From positions 248,001 to 312,000 of the forward strand of contig OZ025780.1 in the NCBI GenBank assembly GCA_964019425.1: a stretch of DNA of 64,000 nt, read 5' to 3'. The DNA is from Flectonema sp. DT1601 (taxonomy: Eukaryota). The notes beneath the pieces were generated by a model that saw only the letters and a list, made by a program, of their open reading frames with translations, was not told the origin of the DNA and made no database searches. Shown here one piece after another: positions 22,381-33,637 of this stretch. The position numbers and the translations under genes were made by a program. How positions within the stretch are numbered: position 1 is the stretch's first letter; the number at the start of each line of letters is the position of its first letter.

Positions 22381-22992
22381 ATGCCATCCACCAACGAATG
22401 GAGATTCATTGAGATCGGCCGTCTCGTTCTCATCACCAGGGGAAAGTACGAGAACAAGGTCGCCACCGTTGTTGATGTTGTTGACCAGAACAGAGTCCTC
22501 GTTGACAGCCCTCCAGCTGACTCCGCTTGGACTGGTATCCCTCGTCACGTTGTGACCCTCAGAGATTGTGAAGCTACCCCAGTAGCCACCTCCATCCAGA
22601 GAGGACTTAAGGCCGGTAAGCTTACCAAGGTGTGTTCAGTTTCTAATTACTATTTTAGTCGTTATTGTTGGTCTCGACTATCAGCAAACAACAACAACAA
22701 CTCAAACAGGCAATCAAGGAGCAGAACACCCTCGGAAGATGGGAGGAGCTCAAGTGGGCAAAGAAGATTCAGTTCCGTGACGCGCGTACCAACATCAACG
22801 ACTTTGACAGATTCTGTCTTGACAAGGCTCGTCGTACTAGAGCCTTCACCCTCCGTAAAAAGGTTTGTTTTATTGATTTGTGTGACTCGACTAAAGCTGA
22901 ACTGCAAAAAAACAAACAAAAATCAACAGCTCGCTGACAAGCTTACTAAGGCCGGAAAGAAGGAAAAGGCCGCCAAGGTCTTCAAGGCATAA
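22381..22992 (+). CDS. RPL14: 60S ribosomal protein L14 (eL14), 3 exons (22381-22629, 22710-22862, 22930-22992)
   Basis: RFIEIGRLVLI..G.Y..K...VVDVVDQNRVLVD; after splicing WAKKI...R...NDFDRF. Phase-0 introns 22630-22709 and 22863-22929 are GT...AACAG. Confidence 0.95.
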   Translation: MPSTNEWRFIEIGRLVLITRGKYENKVATVVDVVDQNRVLVDSPPADSAWTGIPRHVVTLRDCEATPVATSIQRGLKAGKLTKVCSVSNYYFSRYCWSRLSANNNNNSNRQSRSRTPSEDGRSSSGQRRFSSVTRVPTSTTLTDSVLTRLVVLEPSPSVKRFVLLICVTRLKLNCKKTNKNQQLADKLTKAGKKEKAAKVFKA

Positions 22993-23337
22993 ATATCTCA
23001 TTCATCTGATAATTGTGTGATGCATGTGACGAAGTACTTGTAGTGCTTCAGTTTGAAGTACGCAATCTACCAGTGTCGTCGAAGTAAGAATCAATCAAAG
23101 ACTACTACTGGCTTACATCCGATTTGTACGGAAATGCCGCGAGTGTGTTACGCTTCGAGTGTGCATTCTGTTTGTGTGTTTTCAAAAACTAATAATCTCA
23201 CTTCATCATTACAGCTGCAGTATGAAACTACTTCACGTCATGTCACATCGGGTAGTGTGATATAGTATTGTCTTACTTTATAAGATGATATTATTTTCAT
23301 CTTTTTATTCTTTTTTTTTAAAAGCAAAACACTTACA

Positions 23338-24120
23338 ATGGATCTCCCACAAAAGGACCAGCGTATCGCTCTCGTAACAGGTGCCAGTAGTGGTATCGGT
23401 GAAGCTGTTGCTGAGTATTTTTGTAAACACGGGATTGCTGTAATTGCTTGTGGAAGACGAATGGATAAACTTCTTGCGTTGAAAGAGCGCATGCAGGGCA
23501 GGGCACCTGTTCACGTTGTTTCATTTGATGTAACAAACTACGACAAAGTAAAGAGAAAGATCTCATCACTTCCAGCAGAGTGGAGAAGAATTAACATCCT
23601 TGTTAACAATGCTGGGAATGCTCATGGACTTGATCCTATTCAAAATGGAAATGAAAAAGATTGGGATGCAATGATTGATATCAACGTAAAAGGATTACTT
23701 TACGTTACGAAAGCAACTCTTCCATTAATGCCAACGATGTCTGATAGTATGATTGTAAACATTGGATCTATCGCTGGAAAGGAATCCTATCCAAATGGAA
23801 ATGTTTATTGCGCATCTAAAGCAGCTGTTGACAGTCTGACTCAGGGAATGAGATTTGATCTATACAAGCAAGGGATTAGAGTAGGTGCTGTTCATCCTGG
23901 GTTAGTCTCAACAGAGTTTTCTCTCGTTAGATTTAAAGGAGACAAGACCAGAGCTGACAATGTTTATAATGGAGTTCGTGCCCTCACTGCTGCTGACTGT
24001 GCCGATGCTGTTTTGTACATGGTAACCAGACCTAGTCACGTTAGTCTTCATGATGTTCTACTAATGCCTGCTGATCAGGCTGCTGCACGTGATCTCATTA
24101 GGGCTCCTGCTAAGCTGTAG
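23338..24120 (+). CDS. Short-chain dehydrogenase/reductase, YdfG-like, with C-terminal PTS1-type tripeptide AKL
   Basis: TGASSGIG, NNAG, S...YCASK catalytic motif and PG.V.TEFS.VRFKGD; ends ...RAPAKL-stop; intronless. Confidence 0.9.
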   Translation: MDLPQKDQRIALVTGASSGIGEAVAEYFCKHGIAVIACGRRMDKLLALKERMQGRAPVHVVSFDVTNYDKVKRKISSLPAEWRRINILVNNAGNAHGLDPIQNGNEKDWDAMIDINVKGLLYVTKATLPLMPTMSDSMIVNIGSIAGKESYPNGNVYCASKAAVDSLTQGMRFDLYKQGIRVGAVHPGLVSTEFSLVRFKGDKTRADNVYNGVRALTAADCADAVLYMVTRPSHVSLHDVLLMPADQAAARDLIRAPAKL

Positions 24121-25018
24121 GTGTGTTTGGGGTTTCCCAGAGATTATTGTTCCTTTGAGTTTGATAATAAAAAATATCGACTTTTACCCCGGTTTTGGTT
24201 CCCTTTAAATAATTTCTTAATGAAAATGTTGTGTTTTTTTTTATTTTTATTATTTGTATATTGTTCTGCGAGTGGAAAACAAAATAAAAAATAAAAAGGG
24301 AATCGTGTGGGATAACATCGCTTTTTTTGATAAAAATAGCGCAAACGCTCCAAAGAGAGTGATGTCCTGTTTTTTGTTTTTGATTTCTTTGTTGTTTTTC
24401 CCCCGTTCCTTTTTGTTATCCTAATCCCACAGTGTCGAACACTAGACGGGGTCATACTATTCGTGAGTGTTAACGGGTTGGTAGTTTTTCTTTCCGAAAC
24501 CAAAAAAAAAAAAAAAACTGTTGTGACACAACGGTAAAACGACTTGTTAAAATTCTCTCGAATCTGAGCCGTATGTTTCCCCCCTTCCCCATTTTTCTTT
24601 TTTTAAAATTAAAAAAAAACAACTACCACCAACCGGTTGTTGTATGCATAAATATCGGAAAAACTTATTGAGAACTTTCAGAGAGCTCGATTAATAAAAG
24701 TTGTGTTTCATTATTACTATTTTTTCCCGTTTGAATTCTTTTGAATTCCAGATTTTTTGCAGGGAATTTTGATTTTCTTTTGTTTTTTTATTTTTTCAAT
24801 TCCCCCCTACAAAAACTCAAAAAACGTTTCTTAACCAGGAAAACATAACGTAAACTTAAAATTTTTTTTCTCATTTTTTTACCATGCATAAGTGTACGTA
24901 CCTTGGTGAGGTATGTTATTTTGAGCACTACAGCAACATGACATTTGTTCTTTTTTCTCATCAAACAGGACAATCCAATTAGAAAACTTCATTAGCAGCG
25001 GAAAAGAGTTGAATTCTG

Positions 25019-25049
<31 letters not shown>

Positions 25050-25149
25050 TTAAATTTTCTTCTTCTAGAGTAACAACAACAAAAAAAAAAAAATTTGACA
25101 AAAACTGTAAACAAGTTTACAGACCACATGAATTGCTATTGACTGAGAA

Positions 25150-27315
25150 ATGTTGCAAAAAATTTTCAAAAGGAAGAAAAAAAAGGACGAGAAGGAGGAG
25201 AAAGATGAGAAGCCTGAGGATATTGAAATAGCTGATGAACCAATACCTCCGAGACAACACATAAATGATGATGATGTAATGTGGTTTGCTGAACATCAGG
25301 GATACAGAAATACTGATTGGTACAGGCAGAGGTTTCCACTGCCAGCTGACGACTTCGAATCTCCAGAGGCAGAAGTCAAAACTGAAAAAAAAAAAGAATT
25401 GAAAAAAGGATTGAAGACAAAGAAAGTTCCTGAACAAAAAAAGGAACAAAAAAAAGTAAAAATAGATTCCAGAACAGATGCAGACAGATTGTTAGATGGC
25501 AATGAAAACGATGAATTATATGAAATGTCAAGAGCGGGTGGTCATGCGAGGTGGTTACGAACTTTAAATGCTTTCCCATTGTCTGATGTAGTTGCTGCTG
25601 CAGGTCTCTCAATGGTGGCCAGTCTTTGTATTAGGCTTTGGTGGTGGCCTCAACCCAGACCAACAATTCATATTTCTGATGCAAAGCTTCTTGAACCAGC
25701 ACCTACTCGATACCACACAGCTATTCGGTTTAGAATTAAAACTTTGAGAATGTTATTACAAGACAATGCTTCCAACATGTTGGATTATGACGTTCGGGTT
25801 TTTATTGCAAAATTCGCATTTCCCAGCAGAAAAGTTTCCGAAGACTCGATCACCGATCCGCTCCAAACTCTTCATGAGCTTCAGGAAGTTGTGAAAATGA
25901 TATTCAAGACGATGCCTACTTTAATATCAAAGGTACCCCTTCCTCTTCGACAAAGGATCGCCTCGTGTGTTACTCACCCACTGAGAGAAGGTTCTGCTCC
26001 ACGAGAGCAGCCTGAGGTCATCAACCTCTTTGCAACACCTGACAAGACTGAGAGGAAAGTAACGTTCTCTGATCAGCGGAAGAAGTCTCCGAGGCTGGTG
26101 CGAATTACAGATGATCGACCTCTGAGAAACACTTCTCCAATCTCACCGCAGTCACCAATTCCATCAGAACGATTGAAGACGATAACTCCTCCTCAGTCTA
26201 ATAGATCTCTTCTATCACCTGCTTTACTAACTCCTGGGAGTCCGAATTCGGAACTTCTGAAGTCTCCATCGATGAGTCCACCTCAGCAATCGGAGAGTGT
26301 GAAATCACCTTTGAGTCTACAGCAATCAGAAGGTGTGAAGTCACCACTACAATCAGAGAGTGTGAAGTCACCACTACAATCAGGGGGTGTGAAATCGCCT
26401 ATGAGTCTGCAGCAATCAGAGAGTGTGAAGTCACCACTACAATCGGAGAGTGTGAAGTCACCAATGTCAACATTGCTACCTCCGAAGAGTCCATTCTCAT
26501 TGCAACCAACCAGTCCTTCAACACCTCAATTTGAAGTCGTGAAATCACCGACTGTAACCGATGCGGGTGAATCTCTTGTGTCACCAACGGGTCCAGTTTT
26601 CAATGCGCTGGATAACAACCCTCAAGTAGTACCATCTGAGTCTGAGTCATCACCTTCTGCTACGGTAGCACCTCCAACAGTAAGTTCCGTTCCTACATTT
26701 GAATCACCACCAAGGGATCCAAAACCATCAAATGTTCTGTATAAAGCTGACTTTCCATTTAGGAGGAGGAATAGTGATTTAGACTTACTGGAACATCTAC
26801 CGACTCCTATCAACCCTTCAGGTAATGGTATTAAACTGAAGTTAGAATCAGCTGCGTTGACTTTGGAAAAGATGAATGGACTTGAAAGGAAAATTAGATT
26901 CGTTCTATCTTGTTTTTATTATAAATACTCACAAGATGATATGAAGCGAGTTAATCAAGTCACCTCTGCTATAATATATTCTAATGATGTTCCGGGTACT
27001 ATGAGAAATGCGATTATCGCGATGTGTAAAAAGTACCATCAGTGCTGTGAACATTGGCTGTACCCATCTCCATTCTTACCAAAGGCTGTGCTATCTATTC
27101 ACATTGGGTTATTCCTTGCGGCCTTTGATCGTTGCGCTGGTACGCCTTCGACGGTGAGATCAGTAGTGAGTGGAATTGTTAACGATCCGTCTCCTTGTCA
27201 AATGTACGGACATATAGTACAGTCTCTCTGTGACAAGTATCAGAAATGTGGTGCTGATTACAGCGATTGGGGAGGTGATTACCCTTTATCTCTCTACGTT
27301 ATCCACAATGGGTAA
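25150..27315 (+). CDS. Hypothetical protein with Lys/Glu-rich N-terminus, central (Q)SESVKSP repeats and a duplicated helical C-terminal motif
   Basis: 721-aa ORF on the array strand; no family recognised. Confidence 0.65.
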   Translation: MLQKIFKRKKKKDEKEEKDEKPEDIEIADEPIPPRQHINDDDVMWFAEHQGYRNTDWYRQRFPLPADDFESPEAEVKTEKKKELKKGLKTKKVPEQKKEQKKVKIDSRTDADRLLDGNENDELYEMSRAGGHARWLRTLNAFPLSDVVAAAGLSMVASLCIRLWWWPQPRPTIHISDAKLLEPAPTRYHTAIRFRIKTLRMLLQDNASNMLDYDVRVFIAKFAFPSRKVSEDSITDPLQTLHELQEVVKMIFKTMPTLISKVPLPLRQRIASCVTHPLREGSAPREQPEVINLFATPDKTERKVTFSDQRKKSPRLVRITDDRPLRNTSPISPQSPIPSERLKTITPPQSNRSLLSPALLTPGSPNSELLKSPSMSPPQQSESVKSPLSLQQSEGVKSPLQSESVKSPLQSGGVKSPMSLQQSESVKSPLQSESVKSPMSTLLPPKSPFSLQPTSPSTPQFEVVKSPTVTDAGESLVSPTGPVFNALDNNPQVVPSESESSPSATVAPPTVSSVPTFESPPRDPKPSNVLYKADFPFRRRNSDLDLLEHLPTPINPSGNGIKLKLESAALTLEKMNGLERKIRFVLSCFYYKYSQDDMKRVNQVTSAIIYSNDVPGTMRNAIIAMCKKYHQCCEHWLYPSPFLPKAVLSIHIGLFLAAFDRCAGTPSTVRSVVSGIVNDPSPCQMYGHIVQSLCDKYQKCGADYSDWGGDYPLSLYVIHNG
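26284..26466 (+). repeat. Imperfect coding tandem repeat encoding QSE(S/G)VKSP(L/M)
   Basis: Six copies of caatc(a/g)g(a/g)(g/a)(a/g)gtgtgaa(a/g)tc(a/g)cc with 27- or 36-bp spacing. Confidence 0.85.
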
Positions 27316-27722
27316 GCGCTTGTTTTACTCACTGTGTTGAGGAGGGGCGGGTCAACTTCGATTTTTCAACCTTGCCTTTCTTGCCAAAAGACTTGCGATA
27401 TTTCTTATTTCGCTATAAGTATATCTCTCTTTTAGTTTTTGTTGTATTGAGTTTTATGAAGTGAGAATTTAAAAAAAAAAATAAAAAAATAACAAGGTAT
27501 TTCTATTCTCTATGGTGTGTTGTATTGTACCAGTTTTTCACCTCACCAACTTTGGGGTATCACTCCAAATAAGGAAATTTACGACGCAATTTTTTTTCAA
27601 ACAGGTAGAAGGGAATCAAAACTACTCGACGGATGTCTTGGATGAATCTTTTTCTAATAATTAAAAATTAAATAAAAAATCATATTTTCTCCCTTAAAAA
27701 AGTAAATGCCTCTCACTAGCTG

Positions 27723-29327
27723 ATGCCGAGCGGAGAATCCCGAAAATGGAGTGATGTGGAAAGTACTGAGGCATTCACATTGCGGCAGTTTTTAAAACAA
27801 CAAGAGCATAATGTCAACCCGCAGACTCCTGGATGTGGATCGAGTACGGCCTCACACGATAGTAAGAGACTATCATTAATACCCCTAGTAGTATTGGTTT
27901 ATTATGGAGTTAGTGGAGGACCTTTCGGAGTTGAGGCAGCAGTAGGTGCTGGTGGATCACTGCTGTCGCTGATTTCATTTGTTGTACTTCCTTTTGTTTG
28001 GGCAATCCCTGAAGCAATGGTCACAGCTGAACTGTCAACGGCGTTTCCTGAAGCTGCTGGTTTCGTTGCTTGGGTTGAGTCAGCCTTTGGTCCCTTTGCA
28101 GGATTTATGGAAGGATATATGTCTTGGGTATCAGGAGTCACTGATAATAGTGTTTACCCAGTCTTGTTTATGGAATACGTTACCGCATCGTATCCAGGTC
28201 TAGATGATCCTCATTACAAGTTGCCTGCTATACTAATTCTCGTATTCACAAATATTTATTTAAACTATCGAGGTCTTGAAGTCGTTGGGAATATCGCAAT
28301 CTTTATATGTTTGTTTTCATTAGCTCCGTTTGTGATGATGGTTGTTCTTGGATTACCTAAAATAGACTTTTCTCGGATGGTTTTGCCACCAACTGGTGGA
28401 TGGTCTGCAGTAGACTATCCGACTTTCTTAAATATAATGTTCTGGAATTTTAATTATTGGGATTCTGCTGCATCCTTTGCAGGAGACACAGTCGATCCAG
28501 GTGTGACTTTTCCAAAAGCTATGGTTTGGGCATTACTATTAGTAGTGGCAGCCTACGTGATTCCTATCATGGTTGGAATTGGTGTCACAACTGGTCCTAT
28601 CAGAGACTGGAAAGATGGATATTTTACTGTTGTTGGAGAAGAGGTTGGAGGATATTTTTTAATGTCTTGGATCCTTATTGCTGCTGCAGTCAGTAATATG
28701 GGAATGTTTCAAGCAGAGCTTAGTAGTGATAGTTATCAAGTCATGGGAATGGCTCAAAGAGGGATGCTTCCATCTCGCTTTGCTTCTCGTTCCCGTCACG
28801 GCACCCCAACTGCTGCCATATTATTAAGTGCTTGTGGGATTATATTGTTGTCGATGGTTGATTTTCACAGCATAATTGAAATGCTTAATTTCTTGTATTG
28901 TGTTGCGCAGTTGTTGGAATTTGCTTCGTTCCTGAAGCTGCGATGGTCGAAACCAGATCTTCACAGACCTTTTCAAATACCGTTTGGATTCTTTGGTTGT
29001 GTCTTACTGCTACTACCAGCTTGCACCCTCATCGTCTTGCTGATGTCAATGGCGAGTTCTATGACTATTTATGTTTGTGGAACGATGATCGTTTTTGGAG
29101 TTTTTCTTTACTTCTTTCTGGATCTTTTAAAGAAGCACACGTCAGTTGATTTTTGCAAAGATAGATTTGCATACACTAATGCAGAACTTTCACCCCTACT
29201 AGTGACTGGTGATACGCCTCTTATCTACACACGTTATAGTACAAGCTCTAATCCGTCGACGCATCCTGATATTTACCTCATTGGGAAGAGGGGAAGAAGT
29301 CCAGTTTGCGATCACTTGGTGGTGTGA
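27723..29327 (+). CDS. APC-superfamily amino acid/polyamine permease (plant LAT/PUT-like)
   Basis: YYGVSGGPFGVE..V.AGG, W.IPEA.VTAEL..AFP...G.V.WV..AFG, FWNFNYWDS and GMA.RGMLP..FA.RSR.GTP; many TM segments. Confidence 0.92.
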   Translation: MPSGESRKWSDVESTEAFTLRQFLKQQEHNVNPQTPGCGSSTASHDSKRLSLIPLVVLVYYGVSGGPFGVEAAVGAGGSLLSLISFVVLPFVWAIPEAMVTAELSTAFPEAAGFVAWVESAFGPFAGFMEGYMSWVSGVTDNSVYPVLFMEYVTASYPGLDDPHYKLPAILILVFTNIYLNYRGLEVVGNIAIFICLFSLAPFVMMVVLGLPKIDFSRMVLPPTGGWSAVDYPTFLNIMFWNFNYWDSAASFAGDTVDPGVTFPKAMVWALLLVVAAYVIPIMVGIGVTTGPIRDWKDGYFTVVGEEVGGYFLMSWILIAAAVSNMGMFQAELSSDSYQVMGMAQRGMLPSRFASRSRHGTPTAAILLSACGIILLSMVDFHSIIEMLNFLYCVAQLLEFASFLKLRWSKPDLHRPFQIPFGFFGCVLLLLPACTLIVLLMSMASSMTIYVCGTMIVFGVFLYFFLDLLKKHTSVDFCKDRFAYTNAELSPLLVTGDTPLIYTRYSTSSNPSTHPDIYLIGKRGRSPVCDHLVV

Positions 29328-29896
29328 ATAGTAGCTGCATTGGGGTAGTATTAAAAAAAAAAAAAAAAAAAAAAAAGGAATTCCTTTCTCTAATTTTTTT
29401 TTTTTTTTTTTTTTTTTTCATATTTAAAAATGCTATCAGTGTTGTACAATATTAATTAACCTGACTCTTTTTTCGCATTGTGAGGAAAAGGCAAAAAAAA
29501 AGGCACCTTTTTGAGTGTCAATCATACCAAGTGTGCAGTATTTGTGACGGACATGTTAAAATGTGTTTTGTTATAACAGGTTTCGTTATTGATGCGTGAG
29601 ATGAGTGTTAGTTATTTGAGTACTGTAATCAAGTGCATATCAGAGCAAACAACAGAACACTCTTGTTATTTTAAACTCGTTAGATAGAATATTTTTATTG
29701 TGTTATTAGTTTCAATAACATGGCGACTTCTTTAATCTAAAGTTTGCTTTAGTAATTATGACTCCCTCGTCTCTGGAATAGTTACTTCAAAAAAGGCTAA
29801 GTTAAAGAATCGCTGTATCAATACAGTTGTATTTTATACGAGTAACTATTTGTTTATAATCAATTTCAAACAGGCCCTTAACAGGTTTGAAGAACA

Positions 29897-32383
29897 ATGG
29901 AATTAGAGACCTTCGAACCTCTCCGACCCCCGAGGGTACTCTTCCCAGTGAAGGTGGCGATCTTCATTACAACAATTTTATCATCAGCTGTTTCGTTAGT
30001 TGCTGGGATCTTATTGTACGAAGAGTCTGTAGTCGCACTTGAGGATGCAGTTCGTGTTTCCAGCAACGCAACGATGAGTGTGGTCGGTAAACAAGTCGCC
30101 CATTCGTTTACACAGTCCGAACAGGCTGCTGATGCCGCAAACAGGGCTGTATTGAGAATGATCCCTAAAGCTGATAATCCTTATGAAGAGGTAATTGATC
30201 GATGGACTGATTTTTCCTTTGCTAATGTTAAATCACAAAGCGAACGCGTGATGGGTGTTGGAACGCGATGCGTGAGGCGCATTGACGAGCCCTGGAATGA
30301 TGAATTTGGATATTTTAGAGCTTCTCTTTGGTGGGATCCAATGACTAGGCAAGACGGCACTTCTTGGAAGCTCTATGCGACATCAGTTAGCTACCCTGGT
30401 ATGATTAATCCTTTAACAAATTCCAGTGTTTGGAACATTAGTGAGCCTAGGCCTTATAGAGCTATCGTCTCAGAACTGAATTCATCTACGGGAGAGACAC
30501 TTCGAGCATTTGATTCCTTTGGGGACTCAGTAAGGAAGTGGAATACTTTTTTGAGGACTCAGGGAACTGTGGGACGTTGGGTTGGTCCATATTTCTGGCA
30601 CTCACTTGATTACACAACGTATCAGTATTTAGAATATCAAGTGAAGGGAATTCCATTGCAATCTTTCCCAGATTTCGACATCGTTCAAATCGCTTTTTTT
30701 ACATTCGATTCCTGGGTTGAGCTTCTTCAAAACTACGCTGATGGGACTCAACAAATGGTTTTACTGAATCACAAGACAGGCGTTGTTTTCGCGCACACAT
30801 TCTTCAGCGCACGAACTATTAAAAATGGCTGTGGAAAGTGTACCAGTCAAACTTGTATTTCCTTCGATTCCTGTGCTGTTTTATTACCTTCACTTGGACC
30901 AACAATCACTGATGCAGCAGCAAAGGCTTCACAAAAATCAAATGGACAGTTTTTCACATCTGATTTACCATCCACAGATTACTTGCAATTCAACGTCGAG
31001 GTAGGCAAGCGTTTCGAGGCTAATGATACAGAAGAGCAAAACCCTTTACCGAAAGTGATCCGAAAAGAAGTTATTAATTTGCCTTCTGGTGAGTACTATA
31101 TTCGTATGGAAATAGTTGTTCAGTATTCCGTCGAGGGAGAACAGCAGGTACAACTTCTTTGGATTAAGTCGACGTCGTCAATGACAGACAAGGTTAACGC
31201 CGCACTGGTTCAGCTGATTATATTATGCGGATTGATATTCGTGATGGATGGTTTCATTGCTGTGTTCGAAGTTCTTTTAATTGCAGTGCCGCTGTCAAAG
31301 TTACAAAAGTGTGTTCAGTTTCTCGAAGTTATGGAGCTGCAAGAATGTAAAGATATTTTAGGTGAAGTATACACTTGTATTGGACTTGCTGAAGTTTGGG
31401 AGGTGATATTGGGACTTTCATTCGCTGTTATTTCGTTGGATAATTACAGAAATTTTCTTCCAAAGGCTCTTCTTGTATCCCGCAAGACTCGTAGTTTAGA
31501 TGGAAATGAAAAGGAAGAAAACTCTACCACCTCCAACAAAAGTAAAGTACCATCCGTGACATCCGATAGTAGTCACCGTAACAAGGCTACTCGCTTTAAT
31601 AGAACTGTATCAGACATCTCTTCTAGTTCACTGTTAATGATTACTGTCAGTCCGTTAGTTAAGTCAACCTTCAACACGGGGCTATTCGCTGACATGGTTT
31701 CTTTAATTGACATGTGCGGTACGAAATCGAAAGGCGTTTGTTACGGATTCTATCCTGGCTCGCCCAATACATTTCTTATCGGATGGGGTATGTCAGTGAA
31801 GTGTGATAACATTGCTGTGAGGGCTGCGACAGCAGCATCAGAAATCAGGAAAGCAACTCCAAGGGGACACTTAGTAGTGGCAGCAGTGGTGGCGGGATCT
31901 TGTCGATATGGAAATGTTGGTTCGCGATCACTGAGGGGTTTCGCGATGTTCGGTAGTCTGGTGGATCACTTGCATCAGATTCACGAATATACCGGAGTGC
32001 AGGCATCAGGTTGTGGTGAGTCGATGATTTGTGCTACTGATATTCAAAGAATAAAAGGATCGTTTGAAACTTGTGTGATAGGTATACTTCAATCATCTAA
32101 ATCAATGGTTCAAATCATTAATGAAGTCATCTCACAGATCGACGTTACTAACGACGAATGGATGTACCAACTTGCGGGCGCTGCGAACTCAACAGATGAG
32201 TTGATTCACTCGTTGCTTTCTGCAATTATTTCAAAAAAATCAATTCCAGAAAACCACGATGCTTTTAAATCTGAAAATCTCAGACCCTCACAATCATTGT
32301 TGCTCACGTTGTTGTCAGACTGTAAACAAAATCCTTCCTCAATAATATTTCATCCCCAATACCACCCTGTTGGTTGCTACTAA
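29897..32383 (+). CDS. Two-TM receptor-like protein with degenerate adenylate/guanylate cyclase-like C-terminal domain
   Basis: N-terminal TM, large luminal domain, second TM, HAMP-like linker ending YRNFLPKAL, cyclase-like G.CRYGNVG....RGFAMFG and a DEWMYQL motif. Confidence 0.6.
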   Translation: MELETFEPLRPPRVLFPVKVAIFITTILSSAVSLVAGILLYEESVVALEDAVRVSSNATMSVVGKQVAHSFTQSEQAADAANRAVLRMIPKADNPYEEVIDRWTDFSFANVKSQSERVMGVGTRCVRRIDEPWNDEFGYFRASLWWDPMTRQDGTSWKLYATSVSYPGMINPLTNSSVWNISEPRPYRAIVSELNSSTGETLRAFDSFGDSVRKWNTFLRTQGTVGRWVGPYFWHSLDYTTYQYLEYQVKGIPLQSFPDFDIVQIAFFTFDSWVELLQNYADGTQQMVLLNHKTGVVFAHTFFSARTIKNGCGKCTSQTCISFDSCAVLLPSLGPTITDAAAKASQKSNGQFFTSDLPSTDYLQFNVEVGKRFEANDTEEQNPLPKVIRKEVINLPSGEYYIRMEIVVQYSVEGEQQVQLLWIKSTSSMTDKVNAALVQLIILCGLIFVMDGFIAVFEVLLIAVPLSKLQKCVQFLEVMELQECKDILGEVYTCIGLAEVWEVILGLSFAVISLDNYRNFLPKALLVSRKTRSLDGNEKEENSTTSNKSKVPSVTSDSSHRNKATRFNRTVSDISSSSLLMITVSPLVKSTFNTGLFADMVSLIDMCGTKSKGVCYGFYPGSPNTFLIGWGMSVKCDNIAVRAATAASEIRKATPRGHLVVAAVVAGSCRYGNVGSRSLRGFAMFGSLVDHLHQIHEYTGVQASGCGESMICATDIQRIKGSFETCVIGILQSSKSMVQIINEVISQIDVTNDEWMYQLAGAANSTDELIHSLLSAIISKKSIPENHDAFKSENLRPSQSLLLTLLSDCKQNPSSIIFHPQYHPVGCY

Positions 32384-33212
32384 TAATTCAGTCCTCAGGA
32401 AATGGTAGCTCTCTGCATTTTATGTCTGTTTTTTTGACTTACAAAATGACATGTTTGTAGGTTATTCAACAGAAAGCTCAAAAGATTAATTGTACTGTCC
32501 GGGGGATTATTTTCATAGTCCCCAAAGACCTCTTTTATTTGCATACTTGTGATTTGCCGCAAGCAAATATAATTTTCCAATCTTTCTTGTTATAAATTTA
32601 CACAAGCAATCTCTTTCTTCGTGTGTTTGTACGTGTAATACCTAATTAGTTTTGATTATTACAGATTGCACATGGGCATTGGGGTGCATTAGAGCTTGTT
32701 GTGGGTTGAGTCGTTGTGCTTGGAGCAGGTAATGTTGCAGAGAAGTGTATATCACTGGCTCCACGTAAAAGTGATAATTTTGCCCCTAGTTAGTAGTATA
32801 AAACAAAAGTGACAATTAGGAGAAAAAAGGTCAACCTCGGCGGCTTTTTATTTTTTTTTCCAGCGAGGTTCCAAATGCGCCCTGGGATTAAAATTTCCAC
32901 CACACCAGTATCTGCCAACACACTTTTTGCTGATCTTATGCTAGATGCAATCTGTAACTCTGTAGAGGAAAATAGTAAATCTTGTTTGGTGACTGGTGAA
33001 ATATAAGACTGGGTGTTATAAGCCACAGTCCCGCCTGATACACACCTCGAACGACTGATTTATGAACTTAGCCATGAAAACCCCAAAGTGGCCTCTCGGA
33101 AGGGTATCAAGAAACTGTGCGGCATTTACGTTGTTAATTGTTGGGTGAAAAGAATAAAGCAAAACAAGGGATAGAAATGAATAAAGCAAGAACATTGTAC
33201 AAAGTGAATTGT

Positions 33213-33637
33213 ACCATTGGTTAAACTTTTCCTGTAGACAGAGCGAAAGAAGGGTTAAACCACAAGTACTAACAGAGCAAGATTTCCAAACATTCACAAC
33301 GGGGTAGCGTGGCGCCGCCTGGCCGTGTCCTCATGGTGAGGCGGGGCGCGCGCCGTCACAAGGTGTGGGTGGATATGGCATTTCAAACTTTAACTTTAAT
33401 GTACAAGTATGAAAAAACCCTGTGATAAAGTGTAAAGAATGACAAAACAGAAAAGTGAAACGATAGAGTATTTTCTGATTTTCATATTGAGGGACACGTT
33501 CCCCAAGATAGTTGTAATGCAAACTTGTTTTATAACCATTGGTTAAACTAATTTTCCTGTAGACAGAGCAAAAGAAAGGGTTAAGCCATTCACAACGGGG
33601 TAGTGTCCTTGAGGCTCGGCAGGGCGCGCGCCGTCAC
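33213..33637 (+). repeat. Diverged direct repeat (about 33213-33360 vs about 33535-33637)
   Basis: Both copies read accattggttaaact...cctgtagacagagc.aaaga..gggttaa...cattcacaacggggtag...gggcgcgcgccgtcaca. Confidence 0.8.

Noticed and set aside
33251..33584. agggtt motifs as telomeric repeats
   Set aside because: Isolated single copies within a dispersed repeat, not tandem arrays.
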